Assembly (NCBI GenBank): GCA_943354555.1 | Contig: CALRCM010000001.1 | Span: forward strand, 7,453 to 71,452 | DNA length: 64,000 nucleotides | DNA from: Candidatus Peribacteria bacterium | Lineage (GTDB): Bacteria > Patescibacteriota > Gracilibacteria > Peribacterales > Peribacteraceae | Direction of reading: 5' to 3' | Shown: positions 36,713 through 46,300 of the stretch, piece after piece | Layout of the letters: every line of letters begins with the position of its first letter | Numbering within the stretch: the stretch's first letter is position 1 | Program-made: the position numbers and the translations under genes | Notes under the pieces: generated by a model | Told to the model about the DNA's origin: nothing | Seen by the model: only the letters and a program-made list of their open reading frames with translations | The model's database searches: none

Positions 36713-39337
36713 ATGCGCCGAAGAACAGCAATCATCGGAGGTGTTACTGCATTGATTCTCCTTCAGCTTGTTGTTCTCGCAGGGTACGCGGTAATTTTAC
36801 TACGCACGGAAATCGCCCGGGATCCGGATGCTACTCTTTCACGCCAGCTTTCGCCGTTTCTAGAGTTTGGTCGCAGTGCTGATCGTTTCCTCAGCCTTTT
36901 CCTTCAAGCTCCTCAGCCGAGCCGCACACTTCCGCAGATGGACATCACTGTTGCTGATGCCGATTGGGATCGATTGGAACAAAGTTTGCCTACGGGCGAT
37001 ACGTACGATACAAATGTCATCCCTTGGGTGCCGGGTACGCTTGCTGCAGAAGGTCGTACATGGAACATCCATCTACGTGTCTATGGCGAAAGTCCTGCGG
37101 ACTGGTCCAGACCGAAACAGTCTTTGGAGATCCGCTTCCCGCAAAGCGATCCGTATCACAATATTCAGCAGGTTCATCTACTCCTTCCTGAGGCCCACAG
37201 ATGGTTGAACGATCTCCTGCTAATGCATAGGAGCAGAGTGGTGGGATTGCTCCATCCGGATATCGATGTGGTTCAGGTACGTATCAACGGACGCGGTCCG
37301 ATGGTGTATCTCTCGGAAGAGTTGTGGACTTCTGCAATGGCCCAGAGGCAGGGCAGGGGAGGTGCCTCCGTTTTGTATGGCGTATCACCTGATGCAGCCG
37401 ACGCTCTTCCCGCAACAAATGATCCTGCGTACTGGCAGCAGGATGGTCCGGCAGAGATTCGTGCTCCTGCGAATGCGTTAGCTCTTCTTTTGGAACTTTC
37501 CCGCGCAGGAGCTGACAGTGATCCGGATTACCTGAGCAAGCTTGGACAGGTCATGGATATCGATCGCTTGGCGGCCTACATTGCTTTGCGCCTATCTATG
37601 GGTAATCCCTTGGCATCAGCCAGTGAATTACAACTTCTTTATCGTAGTGACACCGGACGCTTCGAACCCGTTGCTCGGCATACCGTGCTGAGTCAGCCCC
37701 GATCCATTCTTGCTCCTTCCGGCATTCCACTTATTGATGTTGCCTCGCGAGTACCTTCGATCCGCAGCAAAGCGCAGATGATCCTGTATGACATGCGTAC
37801 GATCGCCGTGGATGAAGAGCAGTTCTTTTCCCAAATGCGCGAGGACATCGAAGCACCGTTTTTCACCGATGCCTGGAAACTGCCCAGTAATCGTATGGTG
37901 CGTCTGGCAATCACCGCTCAGGCTGATCTCGTGGAGTATGTTCGCGGAGAGATGCGCAGCCAGGTGGAGTCTGCAGAAGTGCTCATCGATCAGCGTGTCA
38001 TTGCAGAGAGCACAGAGCTCCTTCTCGCCCTCGATATCAGTGCGCGCGGACCTGCCGCTGCAGAGGTACGTGGCATCCGGTTTCCTGCAAGATTCAGTGA
38101 ATATCTCTCCAAAGGATTGATCCGTGTATTGCGTGACACAGGAGATGGGGTACTCGGGCCAAGTGATTTACCTGTCCCTACAACGATATTCGAAAGCACA
38201 ATTGTTCCTGAAGTCGGAGAGGAGCGATTGCTCTGGCCGGGCAATCCCGCGATCACTTCCGAGGGGAATCTTCTGCGCCCGCCGCATCGCCGGCACAGAT
38301 TCTTTCTCGTACGGGATTCTTCGGTGCCTGCACTTACCATTGATGCCCTACCCCTTCCCGTGCTCATCGCCAATGCCATTACGGGCGGCAGCGGCTCTAT
38401 CCTTGGTGTCGCTCTTATCGATGAAACGGCATCATTCGGTTCACTTATTCCTCGCATGGATCGCAAAAAATTCCTCGCACGTTACCCTGCATTCAAGTCG
38501 CGGGGAAGCAGCGGGGCTACACTTGCGGGAAGTCCGGTCATCAGTGACATCATCCTCATACCTCCGGACATTGCGCTTACTGTTGATCCGGGGACACGTG
38601 TGCGGATGGGAAGTGGGGCGTCCATTGTGGCCTTTGGTCCGGTGACGATGATGGGAAGTGTGGAGGCGCCCATACGCATTGAGCCGGAACGGGTGGGTGG
38701 AGCATGGGGGACAATCGCCATTGTCGATGCTCCGGAACCGAGCGATCTCCGCTTTGTCACTATTGAAGGAGGAAGGGGTGCCACGGTCGGTACCCGCGTT
38801 CTTGCTGCCTCGCTTGTTTTCGCAGGCAGCCCGGGGAGCATTACTCAAGTGCAGATCAACGATGCTGAGGGGCCGGCGGCTATTGCTCTCTCCCGCGCTT
38901 TTGCAGATATACGTGACACGACGGTCACAGGCAGTCACCAAAGTGGCATCAGGATCGAGAGTGCACTTGCGGGTCGTCTGGAAGACATTACGGTTTCTGC
39001 GTCTTCAGGTGCCGCCATTGTTCTTCTGGGTTCCCCCGTCGTTCTTCGCAATGTCATCGTGGACGGAAGTGCATCGGCGTGCATTCACATTGCGGATCGT
39101 GCAGCGCCGCTCATTGAACAATCGCGATTGCAGAATTGCCGCATTGGCATTCAGGCAATGAATGGCGGGCACGTTGTCGCCAAGAATGTGACACTCGTAG
39201 GTAATGGTATCGGATTCTTTGCAGGTGGTGGTGTGCCGGCATTTGGAGCAGGATCTATCGTGGCCAATGACACGGTATTCATTGATAACAGTCAGAATAT
39301 TCTGGAAGGGAGTGGAGGAGTGGTGGCGGTGGAGTGA
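36713..39337 (+). CDS. Membrane-anchored CotH-kinase-family domain fused to a right-handed parallel beta-helix (PbH1/NosD-like) domain
   Basis: N-terminal TM (AIIGGVTALILLQLVVLAGYAVILL). CotH-like block HLRVYGESPADWSRPKQSLEIRFPQ...VQVRINGRGPMVYLSEEL. C-terminal repeats such as GIRIESALAGRLEDITVSASSGAAIVLLGSPVVLRNVIVDGS. Confidence 0.55.
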   Translation: MRRRTAIIGGVTALILLQLVVLAGYAVILLRTEIARDPDATLSRQLSPFLEFGRSADRFLSLFLQAPQPSRTLPQMDITVADADWDRLEQSLPTGDTYDTNVIPWVPGTLAAEGRTWNIHLRVYGESPADWSRPKQSLEIRFPQSDPYHNIQQVHLLLPEAHRWLNDLLLMHRSRVVGLLHPDIDVVQVRINGRGPMVYLSEELWTSAMAQRQGRGGASVLYGVSPDAADALPATNDPAYWQQDGPAEIRAPANALALLLELSRAGADSDPDYLSKLGQVMDIDRLAAYIALRLSMGNPLASASELQLLYRSDTGRFEPVARHTVLSQPRSILAPSGIPLIDVASRVPSIRSKAQMILYDMRTIAVDEEQFFSQMREDIEAPFFTDAWKLPSNRMVRLAITAQADLVEYVRGEMRSQVESAEVLIDQRVIAESTELLLALDISARGPAAAEVRGIRFPARFSEYLSKGLIRVLRDTGDGVLGPSDLPVPTTIFESTIVPEVGEERLLWPGNPAITSEGNLLRPPHRRHRFFLVRDSSVPALTIDALPLPVLIANAITGGSGSILGVALIDETASFGSLIPRMDRKKFLARYPAFKSRGSSGATLAGSPVISDIILIPPDIALTVDPGTRVRMGSGASIVAFGPVTMMGSVEAPIRIEPERVGGAWGTIAIVDAPEPSDLRFVTIEGGRGATVGTRVLAASLVFAGSPGSITQVQINDAEGPAAIALSRAFADIRDTTVTGSHQSGIRIESALAGRLEDITVSASSGAAIVLLGSPVVLRNVIVDGSASACIHIADRAAPLIEQSRLQNCRIGIQAMNGGHVVAKNVTLVGNGIGFFAGGGVPAFGAGSIVANDTVFIDNSQNILEGSGGVVAVE

Positions 39338-39376
39338 TTCCTCCATCCCTTCTCTCTGGTCTCCTCCATCCCCCGG

Positions 39377-39477
39377 CCCCTTCCTCCACGGGAGGAAGGG
39401 GAGCTCCGTTCAAGGAGAAACCGAATTGTTTCTGCTTTAAAAGTGTTCCCCCTCCTCTGTGGAGGAGGGGGTTAGGG
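39377..39477. repeat. Two family-2 polypyrimidine/polypurine hairpins (CCCCTTCCTCC-ACG-GGAGGAAGGGG; CCCCCTCCTC-TGTG-GAGGAGGGGG followed by TTAGGGG)
   Basis: Perfect 11-bp stem at 39377-39387/39391-39401 and perfect 10-bp stem at 39448-39457/39462-39471. The motif TTCCCCCTCC...GGAGGGGGTTAGGGG recurs at 55212-55241. Confidence 0.85.
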
Positions 39478-39664
39478 GAGGAGGAATTTTGGAGAAGCTT
39501 TGGTAATACAGCCACCGCACCCGGGGACGGGTGCTGCTGGGGTGCAAATAAACAACTAACCAGCAGCACGTGTCCTCACGTGCGGTGCGGGTGTATTTCA
39601 ACATTCTCCAGCGTGGCCACCTGTCCTGAGCAATGTCGAAGGGTTCCTGGCCGCGCGTTACTTC

Positions 39665-40933
39665 TTACAATGTCACATATTTCCTTCCCGCCATCACAAT
39701 CACCGTTCCATCCAGAATCGATTTCAAATCATAGATCAATCCTCCATTCTTCGTCGCTCCGATCAATCCTTCTGTTCCTATGCTCAGATATTCCTTATGC
39801 GGGACCAAGAGGATAACGGCGTCGTATGGTCCTTGTTCCAAAGCTCCCGGCGTCCAACCATTGCGCTGTATGACTTCACCTGACATGTACGGATCATGAA
39901 CTGAGACGGTATGACCGTGCGCCTTCAGTGCCTGAATAACATCTCCGGATTTACTATTTCTCGTATCAGGCACATCTTCTTTGAAGGTGGTGCCGAGAAC
40001 GAGAATGGATTTACCCTTTCCCCCGAGTGCTGCATGTATCTGATCAGCGACGAACCGTGCGACCGCTTCGTTGACGGCGCGTCCTGCAGTGATCACGTGC
40101 GTATTCATTCCCAATGTCTTTGCCTTTTCCACTAGGTAGTACGGATCCACGCCGATGCAGTGTCCGCCGACGAGGCCCGGAGTAAACCGTAGAAAGTTCC
40201 ATTTTGTGCATGCAGCATCCAGCACGTCTTTGCTGGCGATCCCGAGCTTGCCGCAGAACATCGCAATCTCATTGATGTAGGCGATATTCAGATCGCGCTG
40301 CGCGTTTTCGATAGCCTTTGCCATCTCTGCGACCTTGATGTTCGGTGCCTTATGTATGCCCGCCTCGATGACGGACCCATAGAGAGCGGAGAGCGTCTCG
40401 AGTACTTCCGGCGTTTGTCCGGATACTACTTTTACAATCGTTTCTAGTCGGTGCTTTTTGTCCCCCGGGTTGATCCGCTCGGGGCTGTACCCAAGGAAAA
40501 AATCTGTACCGCAGACCATGCCCGACGCTTTTTCCAAAATCGGGCCGCAAATCTCTTCCGTGGTGCCGGGCCATACGGTGGACTCGAAAACGACGATGGT
40601 ACCTTTTTTCATATTCTCTCCGACGGTTTTTGATCCGGCACGGAGGATGCTGATATCCGGAGTGTTGGTCTCATCGACAGGTGTGGGCAATGCGACGATG
40701 ACGATGTCGGCACTTTGAATGTCCTTGGGGTTTGCGCTGAACGTCATCGAAATTTCCTGCAACTCTTTGCTACTGAGTTCTTTGGTTCTGTCATGCCCCG
40801 CATTGAGCTCGCTGACGCGCCCTTCGTCGATGTCGTAGCCGATCGTCGTGTATCCCTTCTTCGCAAATCCATGAGCCAGCGGGAGGCCGACGTAACCCAA
40901 TCCCACGATACAGACGGTCGGAAGCGATTGCAT
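39665..40933 (-). CDS. Nucleotide-sugar 6-dehydrogenase, TviB/WbpO-like (UDP-N-acetyl-hexosamine dehydrogenase type)
   Basis: VCIVGLGYVGLPLAHGFAKKGYTTIGYDIDEGRVSELNAGHDRTKE; catalytic GLVGGHCIGVDP. Confidence 0.8.
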   Translation of the reverse strand: MQSLPTVCIVGLGYVGLPLAHGFAKKGYTTIGYDIDEGRVSELNAGHDRTKELSSKELQEISMTFSANPKDIQSADIVIVALPTPVDETNTPDISILRAGSKTVGENMKKGTIVVFESTVWPGTTEEICGPILEKASGMVCGTDFFLGYSPERINPGDKKHRLETIVKVVSGQTPEVLETLSALYGSVIEAGIHKAPNIKVAEMAKAIENAQRDLNIAYINEIAMFCGKLGIASKDVLDAACTKWNFLRFTPGLVGGHCIGVDPYYLVEKAKTLGMNTHVITAGRAVNEAVARFVADQIHAALGGKGKSILVLGTTFKEDVPDTRNSKSGDVIQALKAHGHTVSVHDPYMSGEVIQRNGWTPGALEQGPYDAVILLVPHKEYLSIGTEGLIGATKNGGLIYDLKSILDGTVIVMAGRKYVTL

Positions 40934-41033
40934 AGGGAGAGTGTACTGGACCGCAGGAAGAGAAGAAAAGGCAGGAGCAGCAGAATCATTCCTGTTTTTT
41001 GCCTTTCCTATCTTTCCTGCCTACAGTTCCTCC

Positions 41034-41438
41034 ATGCGTCATCTCGTCTTTGGTCGTGCCAAGAGCCCCCGTATTCAGTTCTTACGTTACTTCTTTGTGG
41101 GCGGCAGCGCCGCGGTGATGGATCTGGTGTTCTTCATAGTAATGGTGACGGTCTTTCATGTGCATTACGCCGTCGCAGCTTTCGTGGGCTATATGCTGGG
41201 GCTTGCCTGGAATCATTTCCTAAGCGTCATTTGGGTATTTCAGGCAAGCAAACACGCACGTTCCAAAGAGATTGCCATTGTCGTAGGGATCGCGATCGGG
41301 GGACTACTGTGGACGTGGCTGCTCCTGTATCTGATGATCGATGTCATGGGCATCCACGAAGTGGCGGCTAAGATGATTTCGCAGGTGATTGTGCTCGCAT
41401 GGAACTTTGGGATGCGAAAGATGTATGTGTTTCATTAA
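41034..41438 (+). CDS. GtrA-family membrane protein
   Basis: QFLRYFFVGGSAAVMDLVFF...AWNHFLSVIWVF...LAWNFGMRKMYVF pattern; 4 TM. Start set at ATG 41034. Confidence 0.75.
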   Translation: MRHLVFGRAKSPRIQFLRYFFVGGSAAVMDLVFFIVMVTVFHVHYAVAAFVGYMLGLAWNHFLSVIWVFQASKHARSKEIAIVVGIAIGGLLWTWLLLYLMIDVMGIHEVAAKMISQVIVLAWNFGMRKMYVFH

Positions 41439-41448
41439 AGACTCCTTT

Positions 41449-41527
41449 GTCATTCCAGCTATGTCACCCTGAGCTTGTCGAAGGGCGACATAGCGTGTCT
41501 ATGCTTCGACAAGCTCAGCATGACACG
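41449..41527. repeat. Family-1 palindromic element, copy C
   Basis: TGTCAT...ATGTCACCCTGAGCTTGTCGAAGGGCGACAT...GCTTCGACAAGCTCAGCATGACA. CTGAGCTTGTCGAAG and CTTCGACAAGCTCAG form a perfect 15-bp inverted repeat. Confidence 0.85.
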
Positions 41528-41554
41528 CTGTTTAGTTTTGGATACGAGGCTTTT

Positions 41555-41579
41555 AGCTGAGACCTGAAAGCTATAAGCT
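41555..41579 (+). promoter_or_regulatory. 25-nt leader motif AGCTGAGACCTGAAAGCTATAAGCT, 9 nt upstream of the start codon; second copy at 56618-56642
   Basis: 22/25 identical to the reverse complement of 56618-56642, which sits 8 nt upstream of another start codon on the other strand. Confidence 0.6.
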
Positions 41580-41588
41580 CCCTCTGTC

Positions 41589-43319
41589 ATGAGCAAAATC
41601 GCCATTATCGCCGGAGCGGGGCCCGCAGGCCTTACGGCAGCATATGATCTCCTGAAGCGCACGGATGTTCATCCGATTGTTCTGGAGTCCACACAGGCCA
41701 TTGGGGGTATCGCGCAGACATTCAATTACAAAGGCAACCGCATCGACATCGGCGGGCACCGGTTCTTTTCCAAGAGCAAGCGCGTGATGGACTGGTGGTT
41801 CAATATTCTGCCGCATCAGGGCGCCCCTGCAGCAGATTCTATAGAGAAAGGCCATGAGATCGATTATGCGGCGGAGGTGATTGTGGAGTTCCTCTGTAAA
41901 GAGTGTGCTTCTGGTCATGAAGAATTACGGGTGACAAAACCGGCGCCGGATCCAGAAAAAGAAGACCAAGTGATGCTGCAGCGCCCGCGCCTTAGTCGTA
42001 TTTATTTCCGCAGAAATTTCTTTCCGTATCCCATCGGCATCACGCTGACGGTTGCGCGGAGACTCGGCATAGTAAATACCTGTCTCATCGGTTTTAGTTA
42101 CATCAAGGCCCATCTCTTCCCACTCAAAGACGAATCTTTTCTTGATGCCTTTTTCGTCAATCGCTTCGGCCGCAGGCTTTACGAAACTTTCTTCCGTGAT
42201 TACACCGAGAAAGTCTGGGGAGTTCCTTGTGCCCAAATCCGTGCGGACTGGGGTGCGCAGCGCATCAAGGGATTATCGCTGAAGCGGGCGGTTTTTCATG
42301 CGGTGAAGGATCTTCTTACTTCCGATTTTGCCAAGGCACAGGTGGAGCGTGAGACCAGTCTCATTACGCGGTTCTTCTACCCAAAGTTTGGGCCCGGCCA
42401 GATGTGGGAGACGGTGACTGATCAAGTCCGTTCATGCGGAGGGGAAGTGCGGATGGGAAGACGGGTTGTAGGTGTGCGGTGGGAATCAGTTCCGGGTTCC
42501 GGGTTCCCAGTTCAAGACGTGCAGAACAAGGAACAAGAAACAAGGAACTCACAAATCACGTCCGTCACTATCGAAAACTCCGATACCGGTGAAACCGAGG
42601 AACTGCCGTGCGATTATTTCTTCTCCACCATGCCCGTGCGGCATCTGATCGGGATGATGCACCCGAAGCCGGATGACCGTGTGTGTGAAGTGGCGGAGGG
42701 ATTAATTTACCGCGATTTTCTGACGGTAGGATTGCTCTTGAAAAAACTTCATGTCGAGGAGAAAGGCAAAAAAGCCGCCGCGGATGTTCCGGATAACTGG
42801 ATCTACATCCAAGATGGCGGCGTGCATGTCGGACGCATCCAGATTTTCAATAACTGGAGTCCGTACATGGTTGCCGATCGCAAGAATTCCATTTGGATTG
42901 GACTCGAATACTTTGTAAATGAAGGCGACAAGATTTGGGTGATGCCGGATAAGGAGCTTATTGCACTAGGTATCGCCGAGATGGAGAAGATCGGCTTTGC
43001 GCGGAAAGCAGACATCCTCGATGCCTGTGTTTTGCGTATGCCGAAGGCCTATCCTGCGTACTTCGGCAGCTACAACCAGCTGGACGTTGTACGGGATTTT
43101 ACGGTGCAGTTTTCCAATCTCTTTCTTATCGGACGCAACGGTATGCATCGCTACAACAATCAAGATCACAGCATGCTCACGGCGATGACGGCGGTGGATA
43201 ACATTGTTGCCGGCATCACCGATCACCGGAATATCTGGGATGTGAACGTCGAGCCCACGTACCACGAGGAGAAGGAGCAGTCGGAGGTCGATGTGGAGGC
43301 GAGAAAGAGGGCTGTGTAG
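41589..43319 (+). CDS. NAD(P)/FAD-dependent oxidoreductase (amine-oxidase/UDP-galactopyranose-mutase-like fold)
   Basis: [18 protein letters not shown]...[32 protein letters not shown] dinucleotide-binding N-terminus. Contains a low-complexity insert at 42489-42548. Confidence 0.7.
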   Translation: MSKIAIIAGAGPAGLTAAYDLLKRTDVHPIVLESTQAIGGIAQTFNYKGNRIDIGGHRFFSKSKRVMDWWFNILPHQGAPAADSIEKGHEIDYAAEVIVEFLCKECASGHEELRVTKPAPDPEKEDQVMLQRPRLSRIYFRRNFFPYPIGITLTVARRLGIVNTCLIGFSYIKAHLFPLKDESFLDAFFVNRFGRRLYETFFRDYTEKVWGVPCAQIRADWGAQRIKGLSLKRAVFHAVKDLLTSDFAKAQVERETSLITRFFYPKFGPGQMWETVTDQVRSCGGEVRMGRRVVGVRWESVPGSGFPVQDVQNKEQETRNSQITSVTIENSDTGETEELPCDYFFSTMPVRHLIGMMHPKPDDRVCEVAEGLIYRDFLTVGLLLKKLHVEEKGKKAAADVPDNWIYIQDGGVHVGRIQIFNNWSPYMVADRKNSIWIGLEYFVNEGDKIWVMPDKELIALGIAEMEKIGFARKADILDACVLRMPKAYPAYFGSYNQLDVVRDFTVQFSNLFLIGRNGMHRYNNQDHSMLTAMTAVDNIVAGITDHRNIWDVNVEPTYHEEKEQSEVDVEARKRAV

Positions 43320-43358
43320 ATTCACGGACAAACGAAGTCAAAGCTCTAGAATATTTTT

Positions 43359-46300
43359 TTACGGCATTTTCATACAGCTTAATCCTGCATCAGCATTGAA
43401 TTTCCAGTATCCGCCCTTCCAGTCGGTGAAGTCATCACTGGAAATGCAGGAAAGCGAACTTGTGCCAGCCTGACAAGAATCAATCCCTTGGATTTTTTGC
43501 CAGAGAGGATAGGCGAGAATGCCATTCGTCGTTTGTGTTGTATCGACATTTCTGATGTCATATGCGCCAAACATGCCTTTCGTCATGTTTCCCAAAGGCA
43601 TGAATGTCGCTCCGGGAATGGAAGGAGTGACACTGCTGATACCGATGAAGCTGATGAATGTTGTCCCGTCTTTTTTAACAGCTCCTCCATAGGCCTCTGC
43701 ATTGGTGTTATACGAAGCCAAAGTGTTCCAACCATTTCCTGTCCACTGGGAAACGTATCCTGCCCCGCTCGAAGGCCACACAGGATTGTATGTCTGAACC
43801 AATGTGTCATGATCGGCAAAGTATGTACGTGAGGGAACGGTTCCTGGATTTGGGAAAACCGCCTTCGATGTCCATAAGCCATACGTAAATTCCCAAGATG
43901 TGGATGCTTCCCAGACAGATTTTCCGCTGAATGCATAGATTTTCCCGTTTTTCTTCGTAAAGGATGCAACACTCACAGGGAGCCTTCCGAGAAAGTGCCA
44001 TGTTCCTTCCATGTTGGTGCCTTGCACTTGCTGCTTCCACGTATCACCACTGTGGGTTCCGAGATACAACGTCTGTGTTTCTTCATCCAAGTAGAGAGCC
44101 GTCTGCGTTGTAATATTTCTTGTATTTGTACTAAAGCCACTTGGATCAACGATATTCTCTTTTACTCCCGCCGATCTCCATGAAACGTTATTGAAGTACG
44201 ATACTTGTGCATCATCGGCGAGGAAGAGCATGTTCGCCGTCGGATAAAAGAATGAAATGGATTGATAGTGTTGCGTTGCAGTAGGAGAAGGTAGCGTCAT
44301 AGCCTTGAAACTGCCGATGCCGCAGAGAGATGAAACAACGGGTGAAGTGGTGCATACAGGCGTGCATCCGTCATTAACGAGCGTATTGCCGTCATCACAC
44401 TGCTCACTGGTTTGGACCAGACTGTCACCGCAGCGAGCAAGGTTGCATGCATTGCTGCATGCATCCGTATTCACCTGATTGCCGTCATCACACTGCTCTG
44501 AACCGGGTTGAATAAAAGTGTCGCCACATTTGGCATTCTTACATGCGTTGGTGCACGAATCCGTATTGCTTGCATTGTTGTCATCGCACTCTTCAGTTCC
44601 CTCCCTGATGCCATTTCTACACACAGGAAGTTTGCACATGCTGCTGCAGCCATCAGCATAGTCCTGATTTCCGTCGTCGCATTGCTCGCCATTTTGGACA
44701 ATGCCGTCTCCGCAGACTTTCGGAGCAAATGTACATGCTGCCGTGCAGAAAGCCGTTGCACCAGCGTCGTCGCACTGCTCCCCGGCATTGACCGTTCCAT
44801 TACCGCAGTTACGGACGCATGCACTCGGAGCACCGGAGCACGTATATCCTTCTGCGATAATGCATGATACGCAGCCATCATTTGCATTCGCATTACCATC
44901 ATCACAGCCTTCGCCAGGATTTAAGACGCCGTTGCCGCAGATACGGACACACGTACTCGGGGCACCCGAGCAGGTATGGGTACCTTCAATGTTGCAGGTC
45001 AAATTGCAACCGTCACCGGCAGTCCTGTTACGGTCATCACACGCCTCACCCGTATTGATCACGCCGTTGCCGCATGTCGGGAGACAGACACTGGGCGATG
45101 TACCCGAACACGTATAATCAGGTTCGATTGCACAAGACGCATTGCAGCCGTCACCGGCAGTCCGGTTCCCATCATCGCATACTTCCGTTCCTTGCATTAC
45201 GCCATCTCCACAGGCTGGCAACTTGCAGGCATTGGTACAGCTGTCGGTATTGATGGCATTGTTATCATCGCATTCCTCGCCGCGTTCGACGACACCGTTT
45301 CTGCAGACGGAAAGGACGAGCTTCTTACAGCTCGGCGAAATTCTGCTTGTTGTGTCTACAGGGGCAGAGAGTAGGAGTGAGCCGTCGTTTACCGTATAGG
45401 CCGGATCATTATTGCTTTGACGCGTTGCAAAGAGCGTATCTATTCCTCCGAAGTGCACAATGCTTCCAATGCCATTGGATGCAAAGAGTTCGTTATCTGC
45501 AGAGACAAAGGATGGAAGACTCCCTGGACGAAAATAGACTGCAGTCAGGAAACTATTCGGCGTTTCGGCATTCATGCGATAGACCATAAAATTCGTCACA
45601 AAGCGCGGAAGTCCGACAACGAAAGCCTGTCCACTCGCTTCCATTGCCTGAAAGGTAGTCTCCGGCATTGCAGCACCCACTGATTGCCAGCTGGTCCCAT
45701 TCCATGTGCTCACGCCGGTTGTGGGCGGGACGTCGATGATTGCATAGAGCGTATTGCCTCCCCATACAGCAGCTTTCAACTGCAGGAGACCCTGGGTGTT
45801 TGCAGCGATGGCAATATTTTGGCCGAGATGACTCCACGTATGATCGTTGTTGTAGCGATAGACGTTCCCATAATTCCGTACGGCGGCGTAGAGAACTCCA
45901 TTGTGTTCGAGAAGATTAACGATGTTCGGAGCATTCGGGTTTACCACATTGGTGGAAACAAACGGAGTGCCAAGTCCTTCCCACTGTCCATTTGCATTGC
46001 GCCTGTAGACCATGGAATCTGCGGCAGTAACTGATCCTCCATAAGGTGCAGCAATCACTGCATAGAGTGTCCCATGGAGACTCTTCAAGGTGATACCGGA
46101 TGATGGAATGCGCACTTCCGTTACCCATGAAACTCTATCTCCGTTTCGCATCAGTCTGCGGATCGTATTGTCTGTTGCCATATACGCAGCATTATTAAAG
46201 GAGGCAATCGAGGTCGATGTTCCCATTAATTTTTTGAAGGTTCCCAGTGCCACAGGATTCACACTATCGGTACATTTCTCAGAAAGTGATACCGGCAACG

